Shown: in pieces, positions 36,756-51,723 of the stretch
Position numbering within the stretch: position 1 is the first letter of the stretch
Layout: the number at the start of each line of letters is the position of its first letter
Position numbers and translations under genes: made by a program
NCBI GenBank assembly: GCA_905178155.1
Contig: CAJINV010000001.1
Coordinates: 6,729,860-6,793,859, forward strand
Length of the DNA stretch: 64,000 bases
Reading direction: 5' to 3'
Origin: Amoebophrya sp. A120
Lineage: Eukaryota; Protista; Dinoflagellata
Notes under the pieces: generated by a model
What the model saw: the letters and a program-made list of their open reading frames with translations, nothing else
Told to the model about the DNA's origin: nothing
Database searches by the model: none

Positions 36756-39716
36756 TCAAAACCCGACGCGCGTTATGCCCAACTTCTTGTCCAGAAAAAG
36801 GTCTTGGTATTGCGGATTCTTCTGCAAGATAGGTCGCAGTACGTCATTTGCCGGATAGGCGAGTTCCCGGCGAACCTTTCCGCCTTTTGATACCTAAAAC
36901 GATTTTCTCACACCCCGCTTTCACTTTGTTATTGTTTCAGCAACAGCATCACCACATAATTCATCTTCATGCTTTACAACTTTTGTTGAGAACAGCGTTG
37001 ACATTTTTCAATCAGCGACGGCACGAATGACGCTATACCTGTCGCAACAGCGGCGTCTCGTCCAGCATACTGAGGTACTCCTTCGTGCTTCTCAGATTCA
37101 ATGCACTTGCCTGTACGTTGATGATAGCTTTCCCTCGCTGGCACAGCTCCTTCAGAATTTTCAGCACCTCCTCTGGCGAAAGACACCTGGACGGATATGT
37201 GAATTTTGCAGCTCATGAGAATGCATTGAAAATTTCATTTTTCATCACATCATCACATGCATATCAGCGATAGGCTAGAATTTTTGAGCACCTCCACAGA
37301 TAACCATAACACCATAGTGATCGGTAGAACTTCATTACCTCTTGATCGCTTGTTCCTTTGCTGTTTTCTCGAGCGCCGCACTGTTTTGGACGGTCATTGG
37401 CAGCACCTTTTTTGCCGAGGCCGCTCCGTTGGCGATGAGGGCCTCCCGCAAACGATCGTTTGTCTGACACGCAGAAGATGAGCCGGTATCTAGCATGTGG
37501 TCCTGACCAGAAGCGGTGGTGGAACAGGTATCCGGCTCTGCCTGCTCCGCTGTTCTCTTTTTTCCCCGACCTTGTGGGGTCTTGAACGTGTTGCTTCCTG
37601 GCCCTGGCGTTAACGGTGATTTGGGTTTATTTGTCCCGCCCGATGTCGTTGTCATTTTGTTCTTTGCGTCAGCTGCGGCTACCTCGTCGAAAGCACTCGT
37701 GAGCGCGTCTACGAGTTTGCGCTGCTTTTTCGCCTGTTGCAGCTCTGCGTTCTCGTCGATCTGTTCTAGCGGGGATGACGCAACACCAGGAGCTCCTTCC
37801 GAGAATAGGTCCCGCTTCAGCGCTTTCTGCTGTCGGCCGAGCCTCTTGTCGTACATGGGATTGTCGTACTCCAGCGTGATTCCCTGGTCGTTAACGCCGC
37901 TGACCAAACAACAGAAGCACATCAAGACCACCTGCTGCATCTGCGGAAGCGCCTTCACCGTCGGTGCAATCTGCTCCATGGGGCTCATGCTCTTCATGAC
38001 CACGTCTTGCGCAATGTCCAATCCGATCAGCTGCCTTGGCTCGTTTGCCCCCTTCGCACTAGATTTCATCTTTGCAGCTGCTGTTGAGGATGAACTGCTA
38101 GAGGAAGAGGCCTTACTAGTCCCGACTTTTAGTGCTGTAGTTGTCGCTGCTGTTGAGGATGAAGCTGCGGACGCTACTGACTGCGCGGCGCCGGTGGAGA
38201 AAGAGGAAACCAGGCTAGATCGCGCAGAAGATATCGTCGAGTTGTGCTGTCCAAATCGGCGGTCCTTCATCTCGTCGAGGGCGCGAGCAGAGAGCTCAAG
38301 CGCTTTGCGGCAGTCGCCATTGTTGTACTTCGACGCACGGTCTGCCAAGAATTCCAGCGTTTGCGGACCGAAGATTCCCTCCTTCGTTACCTGCGGATTT
38401 CATTTTTTTCATGAATACGATGATGATGTCGCTATATGATCGCTAGTACTGTCCTTGGAACTTTTCTCGCTACGAGGTCAACATAGCTAAAAGTAAAAAC
38501 TACGAACAAGAATCAATACTCGTACCTGATCGAGCCTGGAGAGGATGATTTGCTTCATCTGCTCCGCGCCATAGGGCCGAAAGACCAGGTCTTGCACCTG
38601 CTCCAACTCGTTGCAGATCGTCTTCTGCTGGTCCAGCAACCCAATCGAGTTCGCGATTCCGATCAGCGTGAGCGGTCCGTGTCGGGGCAATCCAAAAATT
38701 TTCGCGAACGTGGCGTCATGCTGTTTCTTCTTCTTGCAGAAGAAATCCACCTCATCCAGAACCAAGATGAACGGTTGCTCCAGCGATTTCACGCGCTTCT
38801 CGAGTTTGTCAAGCCTGTGAGAGGAAGGAGTAATCAAATCAAATTCTGACTGTTTTCTCAAAAAACTAATTTGATGGTGCTTCAGCTTCACACAAGCAGC
38901 AGGGCAGTAATGCAAGAAGACGATCAGTGAAGAAGAAACATCAATGTGAAAAATCTTCGAGTATTAAGATACAGGCCCTTGACTCCCGACTGTGCCCCGC
39001 GCTGCATTTTTGCGCGTTTGTTTTGCTCCGCTGGCAAAGCTTCCAGGATTGCTTTCAGCACAGTCGCTGGCGTCGGGTTGTCGACGCAGGTCATGCAGTT
39101 CAGCAGCGTGCTCTCCTCTTCTCGCCTGTACAAAACGTGGGAAGTGGCTAGGGTTTTCCCCACCCCCGGTACGCCCGAGATGTACAACGCGTCGCCTTCG
39201 AGGTCTATGCTCGCCTTGTCCACACTTTCCTCGATAAAGGAGTTTATCTTCGCGATTTCCTGCTCGCGACCGACGATTTCGCCGTTGTTTCCGACCCGTA
39301 AAATTTCCATGCACTTCTTCATCAGCTCCTTCTCTTTTGCCTGTAGTTTTAGTTCGAGTTCAGCGGTTCTTGTGGTGCTTCGAGAAATGAAAATCATGCC
39401 TGCATCAATAAGATACGCAGATATGTCTTTAGTACTAGATTTTCCTTTGCATATGTATGTAACTAAGTCAGACGATAAAAAAAAGAGAACGATCATCCTG
39501 TACATAAAGTTCTGCCGCGGCCTGCTCGTTCTCTCGCTCCAGTGTTTCTTGCTGCTGTTGCGTGATCTCCGCCTCTTGCTCGGCTGCTTGCACCTCCTTC
39601 AGCAGCTCAGCTTCGAGAGCGGCCGAAAAATCGTGCCGCTTGTTCGCCTTTTTCGGGTCCGACTTCCGCACCGGACGCGGCGGCGCCGGGGGCGGCGCTA
39701 GAAGCCGCCTTTTCAT
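36756..39716 (-). CDS. CDC6: Cdc6/Orc1-family AAA+ replication initiator (6 exons)
   Basis: IVGREQE, Walker A YISGVPGVGKT, LLNCM, Walker B LVLDEVD, LIGIANS, LVFRPY..QMKQII..RL, GDCRKAL and a winged-helix-like C-terminus. GT-AG introns with donors near 39502, 38972, 38525, 37338 and 37038. Confidence 0.85.
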
Positions 39717-40802
39717 CTTGATTGTCACAGAGGAAAGTAGGGCGTTGATATTTTCACACACGGTAGTAAAGTCACTCTCTCTTGGCGCGTCCTATCATCA
39801 AGCATCAACATGATCAGCGACAAGTTTCTTGAAAAAACACGTAGTTTGAATTCAATTTGAAAAGTTTGTATAGAGTCAGGGCTACCCGCGTTCTTGTAAG
39901 TGACTAGACATAAAGAATTGGGCTGAGTTTACACTAAACACAGCACTGCACTGACTTGTTGAAATTCACGACACTTTTAGAAAGCGTCAAAAATGGCGGT
40001 TTCGTCTTGTTTTCTATTCTTTTCTTGAGTAGTAGACACAGTTAAGTACGTGAAGAGAACATCAAGAAGACGAGCAACTTTGGGACGGACAAGATAAAGA
40101 CATAGAAGACAGAAGATTTTTGAGGAAGTAGCAGTGGGTTGAACTTGTATTCGTTGCGCTACTTCGATGATATTCGTCGACTACATCCGATCGAAGTCCA
40201 CACACGTCACACAGTTTCTGTTTCTCTCAGCACCACCAACTAAAAACAGGATTTTTTTCTTCTCTTTTGGTCTCTTCACCCGAGGATCAATAGCGGTCAC
40301 ACGAGCCGGAACACATGACTACAATGAAGCTCTCACTCTGATGTTCCCGTGATTGACATACCTTTCATCTCCCCAGAACGAATGTCACAGGTTTTCAACG
40401 AGATTCTGGGGTGCAACTGTTAGATTTGGCGTAGATAGTAAGCACGATGCATTTTACATACACCGCGACCAGAATTCACTCTCCAGCGTTGACGCCATGC
40501 CACTTGTTTCGATAAAAACATCAGATTGACGTATTTCTATTTGTGTTCCTTTTCACTCATGACTAAGTAAGTATTTTCGTTCCTTTGTTTCAAAAATCTT
40601 CTATCTATCTTTTCAAAAAAAAGCAGGCACCCTTATCGTTATCTAGCTACACATGGCAAACAATTACAGGACCAGCAGCTAGAGCACATGCAAAAGGAAA
40701 TCGATGATCGCTACCGCTACGTACTTCGTTTTATCTATCACTTTTCCGTTTGTTCGATTCGCTGCTTCATCAGATGCGCAAACTGATACGTTCCCGTTTA
40801 TT

Positions 40803-43800
40803 CTAAGACCGGAGGAAATCTTTCCGAATGACCCTGGTCTGCTGTGGCGAACGTGGCGTTCCGCCGAAACTGCCTCCGTTTTCGCTGCTCTGCAAAATGT
40901 GCTTCAAAAAAACGTTCCCCGCTTTCGCGGCGGCGACTTCGCTGTTTCGCTTCAATTCTTCGGCTTGGTTTCGCCGCAATCCCGCACGGACACGGTCCCT
41001 GTAGTCGTGCCAGTCATTTCGTTTTCGCTCCTTCTCCTCCAAGTGGATGTCGCGCCAGTGCGCTTTTTCCTCTTCCAATTCTAAGCGTCGCTGCTGCACC
41101 AGATCGCGAACCTCCTGCATTTGCCTTTGTGCGCGTTTCGCGTGTTCGGAGAGCTGCTTGTGGTTATGATCCTCAATGAGCAGGAAATTTTCCTCCACCT
41201 CACCTTCCGCTCCTGTGGCATCGTTGTAATCAAGCGATCGCTGCATTTCATCTTCTGCGCCAGCCGATTTGCTGTACGTGCGTCCGTTTTTCTCTGGCGA
41301 GGAAACCATGGAACTGCTGTCGACGCACCCGATCAGCGACAGTCTGCGAAAGGTTTTGTTCCCGCCCCTCGTACTACTACTGCTACCCCCATGATTCAGT
41401 GCCGCGTTTTTCGCTGCAGTGGAGGTCATTGCGTGGTCTCGCAACAACCGCACGTGCTGGTGCAATTCGTCTTGCCTTCTTTCCCTTTCCACCTCCAACG
41501 CGTGCTTGTCGCGCCAGTGCTGCTCGATCTTCTGTTCGTTCTGCAAATCCCGCTCCATGACCGCCGCGGCGCGGACGTGTTTCCGCGTTGCCACCTCGTT
41601 CCGAATGCGTTCCTTCAACTCGACCAGCTCGTTTTCCCTCTCCTCTTGTGCCTTGGCGACAAAGTGGCTGAGTTTGCGCTTTTTCCACCGCACCTCCTGC
41701 TGGACGAAAAATTGCTCTTCCCGCGCGGTGGTCCGGCGCCAGGAAGACGAATTCGAGCTGGAGGCCGTGGTTGACAGTGCACACGTAGCGGGTGTAGTTG
41801 CGCTACCGGTTCTACTGCCTTCATCGATCTGCTGTTCTTCATCATCGTCGGGCCGTGTAGAAGCGCCCACTGAACGAGTCCAACCGAGCTGATCGTCGAG
41901 ATTCATTCTCTCCTTTGAGGAGTTCTTGCTGCCTGCGTTGCTGGTGACCAAAGCAGGTTCCTTGGCGATTACCTCGTTCGCAAATGCTGTGCGCATCAAC
42001 ACCTCTTTCGACAAATTATCGTAGGATTTGGATTTGTTCTTCAAATCAAACGGATTCTCGTCCTGCATCTGCTCCGGGTCTTTCTTCTCGCGTGCGTCCT
42101 TTTGTGTCCCTGCAGTGAATGGTAAAAGGTCAGCGATAGTTCGTTCTCCAGGCACACACTCTCCATCAGCTTGGTGTTCTTGCAACGCCTCGCCTTCTTC
42201 GATGACATTTTCTTCATCCGTCTGAACCGGAAGCCAACCGTGCGCGGTTGCGTTACTTTCCAATGCGGTTAACTCCGCTTGCAATGCCCGCAAGTCGCTG
42301 CTTCCTTCGAGGTCGGGGTCGCTGCCTTCCTCAAAGTCTTCTTCCAGCAACGTCCTGCCTTTGTCTTTATCTGTCTCGAGAAGAACCGTTCGGGGTCTTT
42401 TCTGCACTCCCTCTTGGAATAAACTCCGGTAGCGCGGAGGCGTCAATCCCTTGAAGTCCATTTCGAGTCCGTGCCTAGCAGCTCTGTTCTGAGCGGTCAA
42501 CTCCCCATCGTCTCTACTTCCGGCTTCGTCAGTTGAAGATGGTACCTCTTCATTTTCCATTCTTTTCCGCAGTAATCTCGCGTCCTCTCGCTGCTGTTGC
42601 TCCCGCTGCACCTTGCTCTGGTTTGTCGCCTGCATCCCTTCTCTTAACTTCTGCAGACTTTCGTTCACTTCAGTTTTGTAAGCCAGGTGCCGCGCTCGCA
42701 TTTCGTCAATTCGAACCAGAGCCCGATCATAGTCGAAAGGATCGTCTGCTGAAAAAGTAGGTTTTTGCTCGAGCGGCGGAGCGGTGCCGTGAATCTCGTA
42801 GTGCATCTCTTTCGTCCAGTGGCCAAGAGGAAACTTCTTTCGCTCTGGTGTTTTTTCGTCTTCATCGCCGTCGGCTAGGGACATGGTCTTGTTGGGAACA
42901 ATGCTGGTAGTTGTCCCTTCACCTGCAGAAGTTGTTCGTGCCTTAGTACCATGCTCAACCACAACCGCGCCATTCCCATTGTCTACCACTCGTGTTGGTC
43001 GCTTCAACCAGGTTGCGGTCGGACTGGAACACCCGTCTTCACCGCCTAGCCCGGGTTCGAAACCCGCCCGACCGTCGTTCTTTTTGAAGAAATCGGGAGA
43101 GCCGCTGGTACTACCCGTACGACCACCATTTTCACCATCCACGTTGGCGCGCCGGCGCTCGGCGATGATCTGTTGCGCGCGTGCCCCAGTGGCTGCTGAG
43201 GAGGACGAAGAGCTTCCCAGCCAGGAATCCGACCACCAGCTGGCCGCGGATGAGCACGAGGATCCGCGGCCCCCCGTTCGCGGTCGTGTCTGTTCCTCCG
43301 CTATCCTACGGGCCGCCGCTGCCGCGGTGCGGCGAATGCCTGCTTGCGGATCCAGCTGCAGTAAACGCGGGTCGGGTGTCGGTGGTATGAAGAGGGACTG
43401 CTGTGCTGTCCCGGGGCGAAAAAACCCTGAGGTCGAGGGGCGACTTCTGTTTGCGGAGTCTAATCTGACGCTCGCTTCGCCGGCGGAATTGGGGGGCTGG
43501 GCCGAGAGAGCGACTCCTGGTGTCAACTCGTAGTTCTCTGCAAGACTAGATTTCGTTTTTGCCGCGTAATTTTTCCAGGTGTTCTTGTAAAGCATGCCTT
43601 CGAGATGCAGGTCGTACTGTTCCCACAAATTCAGCGACTCGCAAGCAACGTCGTCCGATCCCAGCTGCTCAGCGGTCCATAGTCGCACGCAAGTCGCGAA
43701 GTGTGCGCTCCCTTTCTCCTGCGCGCCTTCATCCCGCAGCCGATTCAGTGTGGACTTGTTTTGCTGCTGCTGGTAATCAGGATTTTTTACAACTACACCA

Positions 43801-46800
43801 TCTTCTACCGTACCAACTCCTGATAGGCCACCTGCACCTTCCTCTTTCTGTTGCAATAATGCAAGTTCACCCCGCCGCAGTCTCGGTACGAACTTCTTCG
43901 CACCCATACGCCCTGTGTTCATCTGCGTACTTGCGTTTTGCTGCGTGGACAAGCGGCGAGCGCCTCCGTGCAGCCCCGCCACCTGGTCTTTTTTGTCGGC
44001 CAGAAGGTAGCACTTTTTCTTCGCAGCAAAGTTTGTGTTGTACGTGGCGATGAACACTGCCGCAGCGGCCATTTTTGCCTGCTTGATGCTGGAGAACCGG
44101 AGCTCAAAAAACCGGAGTGCGGACCGGTTTCGCTGGAACCGGTCGAAGGACTGGGACTGGATGCATTCGGGGACGGCGAAGTAGGTCTGGGACACACAGC
44201 GCAGACAGGCATAGATGTCCTTTTCCGTCAGGGGAAGAGAGTCACTGGTATCTCGCGCGACGTAGGAGTCCCTCGTTCCCTCCGCCCGGCTGCGGGCGTT
44301 TGCGCGCGGCGAGATGTTTTTTTTGAAAGTGATCTTCTGGCGCACCTGGTTTTGTCGGCGATGGCGGTTCAGCGGTGTAGTAGTCGCGGACAAACTTACA
44401 GACTTAGAAGTCACGCTGTCAGCTGTTCCTGGTTTGCTTCCTTGTTTTCCGCCCCGCATAATGCTGCTCCTGCTTTTTGTTAACGGGAGAAGAGGGGAAA
44501 AGTCGTGCCTATCGTCCTGCAGTTCTCCAGCTAGGTCGCACGTGTGACTTCGGGCTGTGAATGCTCTCGCCATAGGCGGGACCGATGACGGCCTCCGCTG
44601 CGTCTTCTCGCTGTGGGCTTTTGTCATCATGACTTCCGGTGTGGCCTCCACACCTTTTTCACCCTCTACTTCAAGGTCCTCGCGGTACAGGATTTGCAGT
44701 ACGTCGTCGCGGTCTTCCTCGTCGTCAAAAATCGTAGACTGCTGCGTCTGCGTCCTGCTGCTGCGGTTCCGAGTGCTGAAAGACAATTGCTTTCGCAGTG
44801 AAAAGCTCGAAGTCAAAACTGCCGTGGTATTGGTCCGGGCAAAAACTTTGCTTCTGTCATTGGCGAACTTTTTACTCGCTTGATCGTCAGTTTCACTGCC
44901 TGCTCCTGTGAAAGAACTCTTGCCGCATGACTTCTCATTATCGTCTGCACTAAAAGCGATAGTACAACTCTTCTGTCGTTTTTTCTGCAATGCAACCGGA
45001 AACAACGGATTTCCTTGCAGAGACGACACCTGGCTCAGCAGAAGCGACAGCAACCCGTTTGGCAGAACGCACAAACTGTCCGGCACGCGGCTGTCGTCCC
45101 CTGGCAGCACGGTGAAAGGCGGATTTTCCTCTCCGCCGTCGAAACAGTAGTCGCGTTCGAGCCAAAACGGCCACCCCAGACGTCCGGTCGGCCGGTTTGG
45201 TGGAGACATACGGGAAGTTGGGGTGTGGTTCATCCCCGAATCTTCGCAAAAATTCTCGTCAAACGCTACTGCTGTCGTGCGGCCATGATCCATCTCCCTG
45301 GGGGTTGTACCTTCCGGCGGTCGTTCTGTAGAAGCACGGTGCCGCGAAGATCGCCTCTTGCGAAACGAACTTGCGATTCCAGAAGGCGTAGTAGAGCTAT
45401 TTCTGCTAGCAATTGTGCTTCGATCACCTCGTGTTGCCTCGTCCTGCTTGGCATCGATCATGACGATTTGCAGTGCGTTTGTGGCGAGATCTTCTGCGGT
45501 CGTAGTGCTTCTGCGGTTGTCGACTGGCATCTGATAGTGGTCGTCGTCGTCGTTCTCCAGGTCCAGACCCGCAGTGAATATCGCGGGGTCAAATCCAACT
45601 TTCGACTTGCGGTCCACCGTTTGCTGCACACCGAGCGCGCATTCGAGAAAGGAGCGCCAACCGGGAGGTAGTCGTTGCGTGGTTTCGTGGATGTGCGCCA
45701 GGCCGAGGAGGACCCGTTCCTCGAGGTACAACGTGCTGTCCGTCACCTGACTTAACACAGCACGCAGACGGCTCAACATCTGCAGCCTTCGACGTAGCAA
45801 CGACCAGCGCCAGAACCGCTGCACACACAAGACCGCTCTGCGCCGCATCACGATCATCGGCAGAGGCAGGCCAAACTGCCGCGTGCTCAGGAACCGGCGA
45901 AAAGCGGACTGGATCTGGCACGCTGCAGTGATTTCCCCCGATGTCTTTGGGGTGAGGAAGAAAACGCAGCGGCAGTACCTCGCCGCAAAGGTGGCGGGAA
46001 CCCGGTTTGTGGTCAAAAAAGCGATGGCGTCCGGCTCCAGGTGCGGGAATTTCAGCTGCTGCTCCTGACGCTTGTTCCTGATCTTCTTCGATCCGGAGGT
46101 GTCGCGTACTTTATTCCTACTTCCCGTGTCCCACAAGCGGCGGACAAGTCCGGCAGGAAGCTGCATCCCGGTCTGGCTCGTGTGGGCATGTGCAAAAATC
46201 ACACGGACGCACTCCTGCACAGCGTGAGCCAGAGCGCTTTGTACGTGCGCTGCGGAACTCGGAGCTGCGTTCGGTGAGTGATCGCTTTCAATGGGTCCTA
46301 CCGATGCTTGAGGTGACAGCTGTGTGGTTTCTCGCTTGTCGACACCGATTTCTGACTTGGCAATGGCAACAGTGTTTGTCCCCAAAGTTGGTGGCTCGTC
46401 TTGCTCGAAACCTAGTCTCACTTCTTGCAACACCTGCAGAAAATTTGCGAGCACTTTCGCCACACTTTCAGCTTTGTTCCTTTTTCCGTCTTCGCTGGCA
46501 AGAACATCTTCGCGCACAACAGCGTTGAGCTTGGCTGCTCGAGTGAGTTCGTAGACCAAAAAGCCGATAAAATCCGAGACGCCGCCAGTTTTGGCTTTGA
46601 CGATCCCATCTACCTCCGTGCGCTGAGCTGAAGAGAACGCCCGCATCCGCTTCATGTCCATGACGCAAATGTGCAGCAGTGTTCGCAGCATTGAAGGGAT
46701 AATGGATGCGGACGAGAGCGATGTTGAAAACTCAACATTTTCCGTCGTGATCCCGCTTGAGCTACTTTTCACGAAGACCGGTCGTGACTCACTTTCCAGC

Positions 46801-49800
46801 GCAAACACGCTATTAATTGCCACGCTGGCGCGGACCCAGTGCCGGTCAGGTTCCCACCCAATGCGACTACTGAGAAGGTACGTGCGCCATGGTTGCAGCC
46901 GCAGAGCAGCAAGAGCAATTGGTGAAGGCGTTCCAATTCCCACGAAAGATTTTTTGTGAGGGCTTCGCTGTGGTGAATTTCCGGTGACTTCGCAGGTCTC
47001 GTTGTCGTCTGCGGCCGCTTCGAGGCTGACAATCTTGTTCCGCGTATCCGATTCCGCTTTGAGGTACGACTCGAACTCGTCATAAAGTGCATCCGCCGTC
47101 TGTAGGAGGCTAACAGTCGAATTGAAGTGATTCATGCGATGCAGTACTTCCAACGAAAATGCGACATCAGGATGGGTGACTGGAACCTTGTTCTCAACGC
47201 GCTCGTCTGTTCCATCTTTGCTTCCACCAAGAGCCAGCGGGAGCCACAACATTCGTTGGTCAAGGAAAGTGGCCTTCTTGTAGCAGTTGAGCAGTCGCGG
47301 GGTCACAGATACAACTCCGGACCCATTCGTAGCGGAAGATTCTGATGCTTTCGCCCTTACCGCCATCGCTCTTGCGCTGTAGTAATTTACCGGGAAACAC
47401 CCCGTGATTTTCTCCTTTTCCGCTCGCTTCAAAATTTTTGCACGCTCCTCCCCCAGCGTGCCTCTTGCCTCCCGGACGAAATCGCGAAAGCAATCTTTTT
47501 CGGAGAAGTAGGAAAAAAGCCTGCGCTGTTTGGGTCGTCGCTTGCGTGTCCGAATTTTTAGCCCCGTTCTTCCGTATGGCTTGGGGATACGAGGTGGACG
47601 ACTAGTGATGCTCTCGTTTTCGCCGCGGACAACGTAGCCCCGATCTTGGTAAGTTGACGAACGCGCAACGAGGTTCTGCACAGCATTTTCATTTTGTTTT
47701 TCACCTATTTCCTCCTCTTCTTCCGAAATCATGCGAAAGAAATTGTTCCTTTCACTCTCCGACGATGAGGACTCCAGCATGCGCTCGGCCTCGTCGACAG
47801 CAGACCGTCGGCAGGTCTCGTGTTTCGAAACGAGCCCCTTTACTGAAACAGTCGTCAACCGGGTCACCGGGGCATTCGCGACACTTTTCATGGGAGAGCG
47901 AGCGTAGGTTGGCCGCAATAGCATGTTTTGCATCTGCTGGTCCTCACGGGAATCGAGTATCCGCAGCTGATGTTTAGTTTTCACACTTCCGAAGGCGGGT
48001 ACGGGTTTTGTTGGAAAAGCGCTAGTACTTTGGTCCTTGTACTCGTGCAACCCTAATAGTGCGGCAACGTGATTTGACATCCGTTTTCGAAAGTTTCCTC
48101 TGGCCTCGTGAGACTGCAGTCCGCGCAGGAATCCATCGCGAAATCTTCCCCTGGACCGTCTAGAAGTACTACTTGAAAGCTGATGCATTTGCATTTGGTT
48201 TTGGGTTGAGCTGCTGCGCATGAATTTCACGTCTTCCTGCACGTCTTCGTCCGAAGAGAATTCCGTGTCGCTATCATTCCGAAAAACAGCCTGCGATCGC
48301 GGAAAACAGAGTAGACTGATCTCACTACCGATTGAAGCGGCAGTCGTCGTAGCGCGCCCCTGACTGCTGTGGTCCCTCTGCCGACCCTTCGGTCCTTCAG
48401 GGCTGCTGGTGGACATGCTGCCTTCGTCACTGCTACCCTTGTTCCAAACACTTTTCATTCTGGTAGTGGACCGCCTCGCCCTGTGCGGCTCCACAATCGT
48501 CAGGCAGTTGTTGTCTACGAGAAACTTGTCGATGTCGGAAATGCCAGCGCGTTCGAGTGGGTGAGATTCCTCCTGACCGCTGCAGCTTAGCGAGAACGCG
48601 CGCCGTTCCAAGTCCGTTACCGCACACTGCCGACGACGGACTCGCACTGGAAGGGTAGTGTTGGCATCGAGCAGAGAATGAAGCGGACCGCCCCATGGCG
48701 TAGCGCAAGAAGAACTCGTGAGGACGTCGCGGCTTATGTAATTATCCTGCTTCCGCTTTCCTGCACTGCGCCTTGCCTTTCTCAGGATTGTTCGTTGTCG
48801 CCGCACCATCCCCGAGAAGTTGCCCAACACTGTCCTGTCACCGCATCGGGCAAACTGCTCAGGAGCTTCGATCGACGGGATGCGCACGGCACGAATGTCC
48901 GCACTGGTGACTCCGTGGTCGAGCGGCAGGCGTGGCAAATTGTGTTTCACACGCACCGCATTGACGATGTGCCGCACTTCCCACCAAGCGTCCTCTGGGA
49001 AAATTATGCCGAGATTTTCCCGGCTCACAAAATGCTCCTCGAAACGAATTTCCGGAAAACCGGGCAGACAGCATTTCAGCAGCTCCGCGTCTTCGTCCTC
49101 TGTATCGGCGAAGCTACTGTCTAAATCAGTCCGCGCATCGCCAACACGCCAGGAGGAAGATACGACAGAGGCGGAGGTGTCGTCTATGTCTGGGGGTAAG
49201 TTTGGGCTGGTGCTACTAGCGCCATTAGCTGCACCATAGTTGTTAGCTGATTGAATCACAGAGCGTCTGCTCCCTGGACTGCCGCCGCCAGCAACGGAAG
49301 TTGCAGAGCCGCGGCGGTTCTTCTCACTGTTGTTCATCAAGATCGACTGCTTTCTTCTACCTGCTCTCGTCGCACCCTGTCTATTCCGACGGCGTGACCG
49401 TTGCATGCTGTCGCTGGGGTCCTGTGTGCGAGAGAAATAGTCGAGCAGGTTCGTTTGCTCGTTTTGCCTCGCCGCTACTGTCTGCTCCCGGATCTGCGAA
49501 ACGACCTTTGCCCGGGTCGTCTTGTAGGAAGCAAGCGGCGAGGCTGCGGCTGAATAATTAAGATCCTTGTCTCGGTCTGCAGCAGCTGGCGTCGTCCCTA
49601 CTGAAAAGTGACTGTTGACATTGTTTTCTGTTGCTGGTGCAATCGACGCGGATCTGTTGCGGCCCTGCTTCTGTTTATTCTGATTGCCATCGAGATTTGC
49701 GAAAACGTCGATGGTTTTCCACGACGCTACGTAGGAACTCGTTACACTTGAAGCTCCGACATTCCCGTTGTTCAAAACGTCTTTTATTTCAGCTTGTGTG

Positions 49801-51372
49801 TCAGCTCGAGCTCCTTCGACATCCTCCCCACGAGTCGGACTTTCCTCGACCTGGTGCTGCTCCATGAACACTCTTTCCTCGTCTTCCTGTTGCTGCCGCC
49901 GCTTTCTTTCCTGAAACGCGCGCTTTCTCGCCAGGTACATCCCGTCGTCCCGCGCTGCGCCGAAAAATACTTGCAGCTGTGCCAGTCGTCGTTCGCAGCA
50001 GCCGCGCCAGCATCGCTGAACGTGTGTTGCAGCCTCGTTCTGGAGTCGCTTCTCGCAGAATCGCGCGACCCAAAGGCGGGCAATTTTTTGGATTTTCCTG
50101 GCGCTCCGCTCGTGGTGCGATAATCGCCAGCACGTGCGGTTGAACTCGGAGCAGAGTTGCTGCAAGTGTCGCTCCACCTTGCGACGCCACAAAAACCGAC
50201 GCACCGACGCCTGCGCCTTCACCAAGCGCTGCTCGAATTTTCGAAATCTTGTTGCGAGTCGCCATCCGCGCCAGCGACGCTGAATCTGCACACTGGCAGA
50301 GCACCAGTTGCTGAAGTGTACTAAGTGAGAAACGCAAGACGAAAGGCTCTCCAGGTACAGAGTTTGTTGCGACTTATCCACGAAGCTGTTCTGTCCCAAC
50401 AAGCTGCCTGAAAGTGCAGCGCCAAACCGACTCTTTGAGGAAGAGTCCAGTGTGCCAAAGACCCCATTTTTACCTCTTCGTTCCATCGCCGAAGCAAAAG
50501 AATACAGCTGCAGCTCGGTAGTTTGTCCGAGCGCCCGGTAGCGGTGCTCGAATACCTCGTACCGACCGGTCGTTGCGACCGGGGCGCAGCACTCTGGAAT
50601 CCGCTCGTCATCCGTGATCACGTGCGTGTCGATGGCCAAGAACTGCGGGAACTCCGTTAGAATGCGTTCGCGGTACTCCTTCCCAACATGGAGCTGCCAC
50701 GGGTTTCCGAACAGCGTGAGCCAGAGAAGTGAGGCCGACAAACGGACGGAGTTTTGCATGGTCTGCGCGTCGTGCAACTGGTTGCCCTGTAGGTGTTTGC
50801 GGTAGAAACTTATGCTGGCTATGAGACCCATTTCTGCTAATGTGTCCAGCAGGGACGAGACGAAAAAACGTAAGGCATGAAAAAGTACGCAGCAACATGA
50901 CTACGTCCAAATAGCAGATCCGCAGTTGCGACAAGTAGATCGCCGGCACCGTAGACAAATTCGTTTCCCCAAGGTCCAAAAATTCGAGCGCTCGCGTCTG
51001 CCGCTCCAGGTTCCGGAACAGCGTGTCCTGGTGACAATCTGCATGGCTGGACAAATCCACGCCACTTCCTCTGAGTCGCAGAGCCCGCAGGTTTCGGTAG
51101 GACGCGGACCGCAGGACAGGGATGAGCAGGTGAATGGCGGCAGAATTACTCTGTTCTCCATCCTGATTCGCGTTTGATGACGTCGCTAATGCGCTGGTCT
51201 CTGAGGGTGATGAAAGATCGGGGTCGATTACCACCGGATTGTGTGGATCTGCACCTCCGCCTGCAGCCTCATTCCATACTTCACCTGCGGATGAAACGTG
51301 GATGCGAGGCGCCTGAAACGCGCCAAACACTCGGTAGGCAGCATCCGGCTGCGCAAACTCATTTTGTTGCAT
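40803..51372 (-). CDS. Very large LRR + IQ-motif protein (LRRIQ3-like N-terminus)
   Basis: LRRs (LRALRLRG, LEFLDLGETNL, LRICYLDGNQL via GT-AG intron 50787-50904), an LRR cap (LTLFGNP..YRERIL..IDTHVITDDE), several IQ motifs (IQRRWRGW, VQRCWRG, IQSAFRR, VQRFWRW) and a C-terminal coiled coil. Confidence 0.75.
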
Positions 51373-51723
51373 GATTTCAACATTTCTCTACTTGCTACAT
51401 TGAATGAAACGCTTTCATTCTATGTCACGCAGCGTTTTCAGACGAGTTTACATCTCGTCAAGAGCAGTGCCACGACACTCACGACCGCCCCCACTCTTCC
51501 GTGCATCATGATACTCGTGCGCCTCCTACCACTCTGATTGAATCACCTAAGTATATACCCGCAGCCACAGTGTTAGCACTTTACATCAGGAGAACGCAGC
51601 AAGATCCACACAGGAATCGCACAACGGCTGCATTTGAATAAGGAAGGATCTCGTTCATTATCCCATAAGCATTGCGTTCAATTCGTTTATTTCGTTTCGC
51701 GGCTGTGTTGATAGCATCCATTT

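Noticed and set aside
39984-40000. gccatttttg on the minus strand resembling a dinoflagellate spliced-leader relic (similar at ~54990-55010)
   Set aside because: Only a short imperfect match to the SL core, and the second instance is within coding sequence; consistent with chance.
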